Origin: Candidatus Enterousia sp.
GTDB taxonomy: Bacteria > Pseudomonadota > Alphaproteobacteria > Rs-D84
NCBI GenBank assembly: GCA_045616625.1
Contig: JAZLHA010000005.1
Coordinates: forward strand, 1-59,887
DNA length: 59,887 bases
Direction of reading: 5' to 3'
The translations under genes and the position numbers were made by a program. Under the pieces are notes generated by a model that saw only the letters and a program-made list of their open reading frames with translations, made no database searches and was not told the DNA's origin. Shown one piece after another: positions 59,783 to 59,887 of the stretch; the stretch's first letter is position 1; each line of letters opens with the position of its first letter.

Positions 59783-59887
59783 TGGTACATAAAAAACCTA
59801 GGTTTATGTCCATGATAAAAATTGACTTTTTTCACATTTTTCAAAATTCGTAATTTTATGCAGATTTGTGCGTCTTTGCACAATTTT
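59783..59887. repeat. second copy of the CCTAGG cassette (site C), truncated by window end
   Basis: TGGTACATAAAAAACCTAGGTTTATGTC matches the reverse complement of 38851-38879 (TGGTGCATAAAAAACCTAGGTTTAATGTC), with patchy similarity continuing to the end. Confidence 0.7.

Noticed and set aside
1-59887. Circular element suggested by the 20-nt match between the two ends
   Set aside because: The second copy is 180 bp inside the end, is an RPE-like repeat, and the window is full of core chromosomal genes.
1-59887. CRISPR array, rRNA, intact prophage, IS transposase or reverse transcriptase
   Set aside because: No regularly spaced repeats, rRNA motifs or matching ORFs seen.

Overview
AT-rich chromosomal segment of a small-genome alphaproteobacterium, probably gut-associated. 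GapR/DUF2312, olsBA, the def-fmt-truA order and alphaproteobacterial RpoB/RpoC support the class. The Cys-rich secretome and fermentative pyk/gap/ldh suggest an uncultured Rs-D84/'Enterousia'-like lineage (inference). Most of the window is housekeeping (tRNA-Trp-secE-nusG-rplKAJL-rpoBC, rpmF-plsX, lspA-yidC, recR-rsmA, proS, miaA-priA). The main unexplained system is at 38.7-39.6 kb: a Bacteroides Mpi-like serine invertase sits back-to-back with a YadA-type adhesin gene. Between them, two AAACCTAGGTTT palindromes lie 133 bp apart, and inverting the segment between them would assemble a TTGACA-17 bp-TATCAT promoter in front of the adhesin. A second homologous cassette is cut off by the right end of the window. 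Also notable: a split, apparently domesticated VirB8/9/10 + VirB11 secretion system with SPOR and Cys-rich fusions; a thioredoxin whose membrane anchor lies behind an A9 slippery site in the -1 frame; a structured attenuator-like leader before a eukaryote-like Cys-rich secreted protein; and a ~200-bp element integrated at the 3' end of tRNA-Arg. All calls come from reading the sequence and recalled family motifs; no database searches were run.
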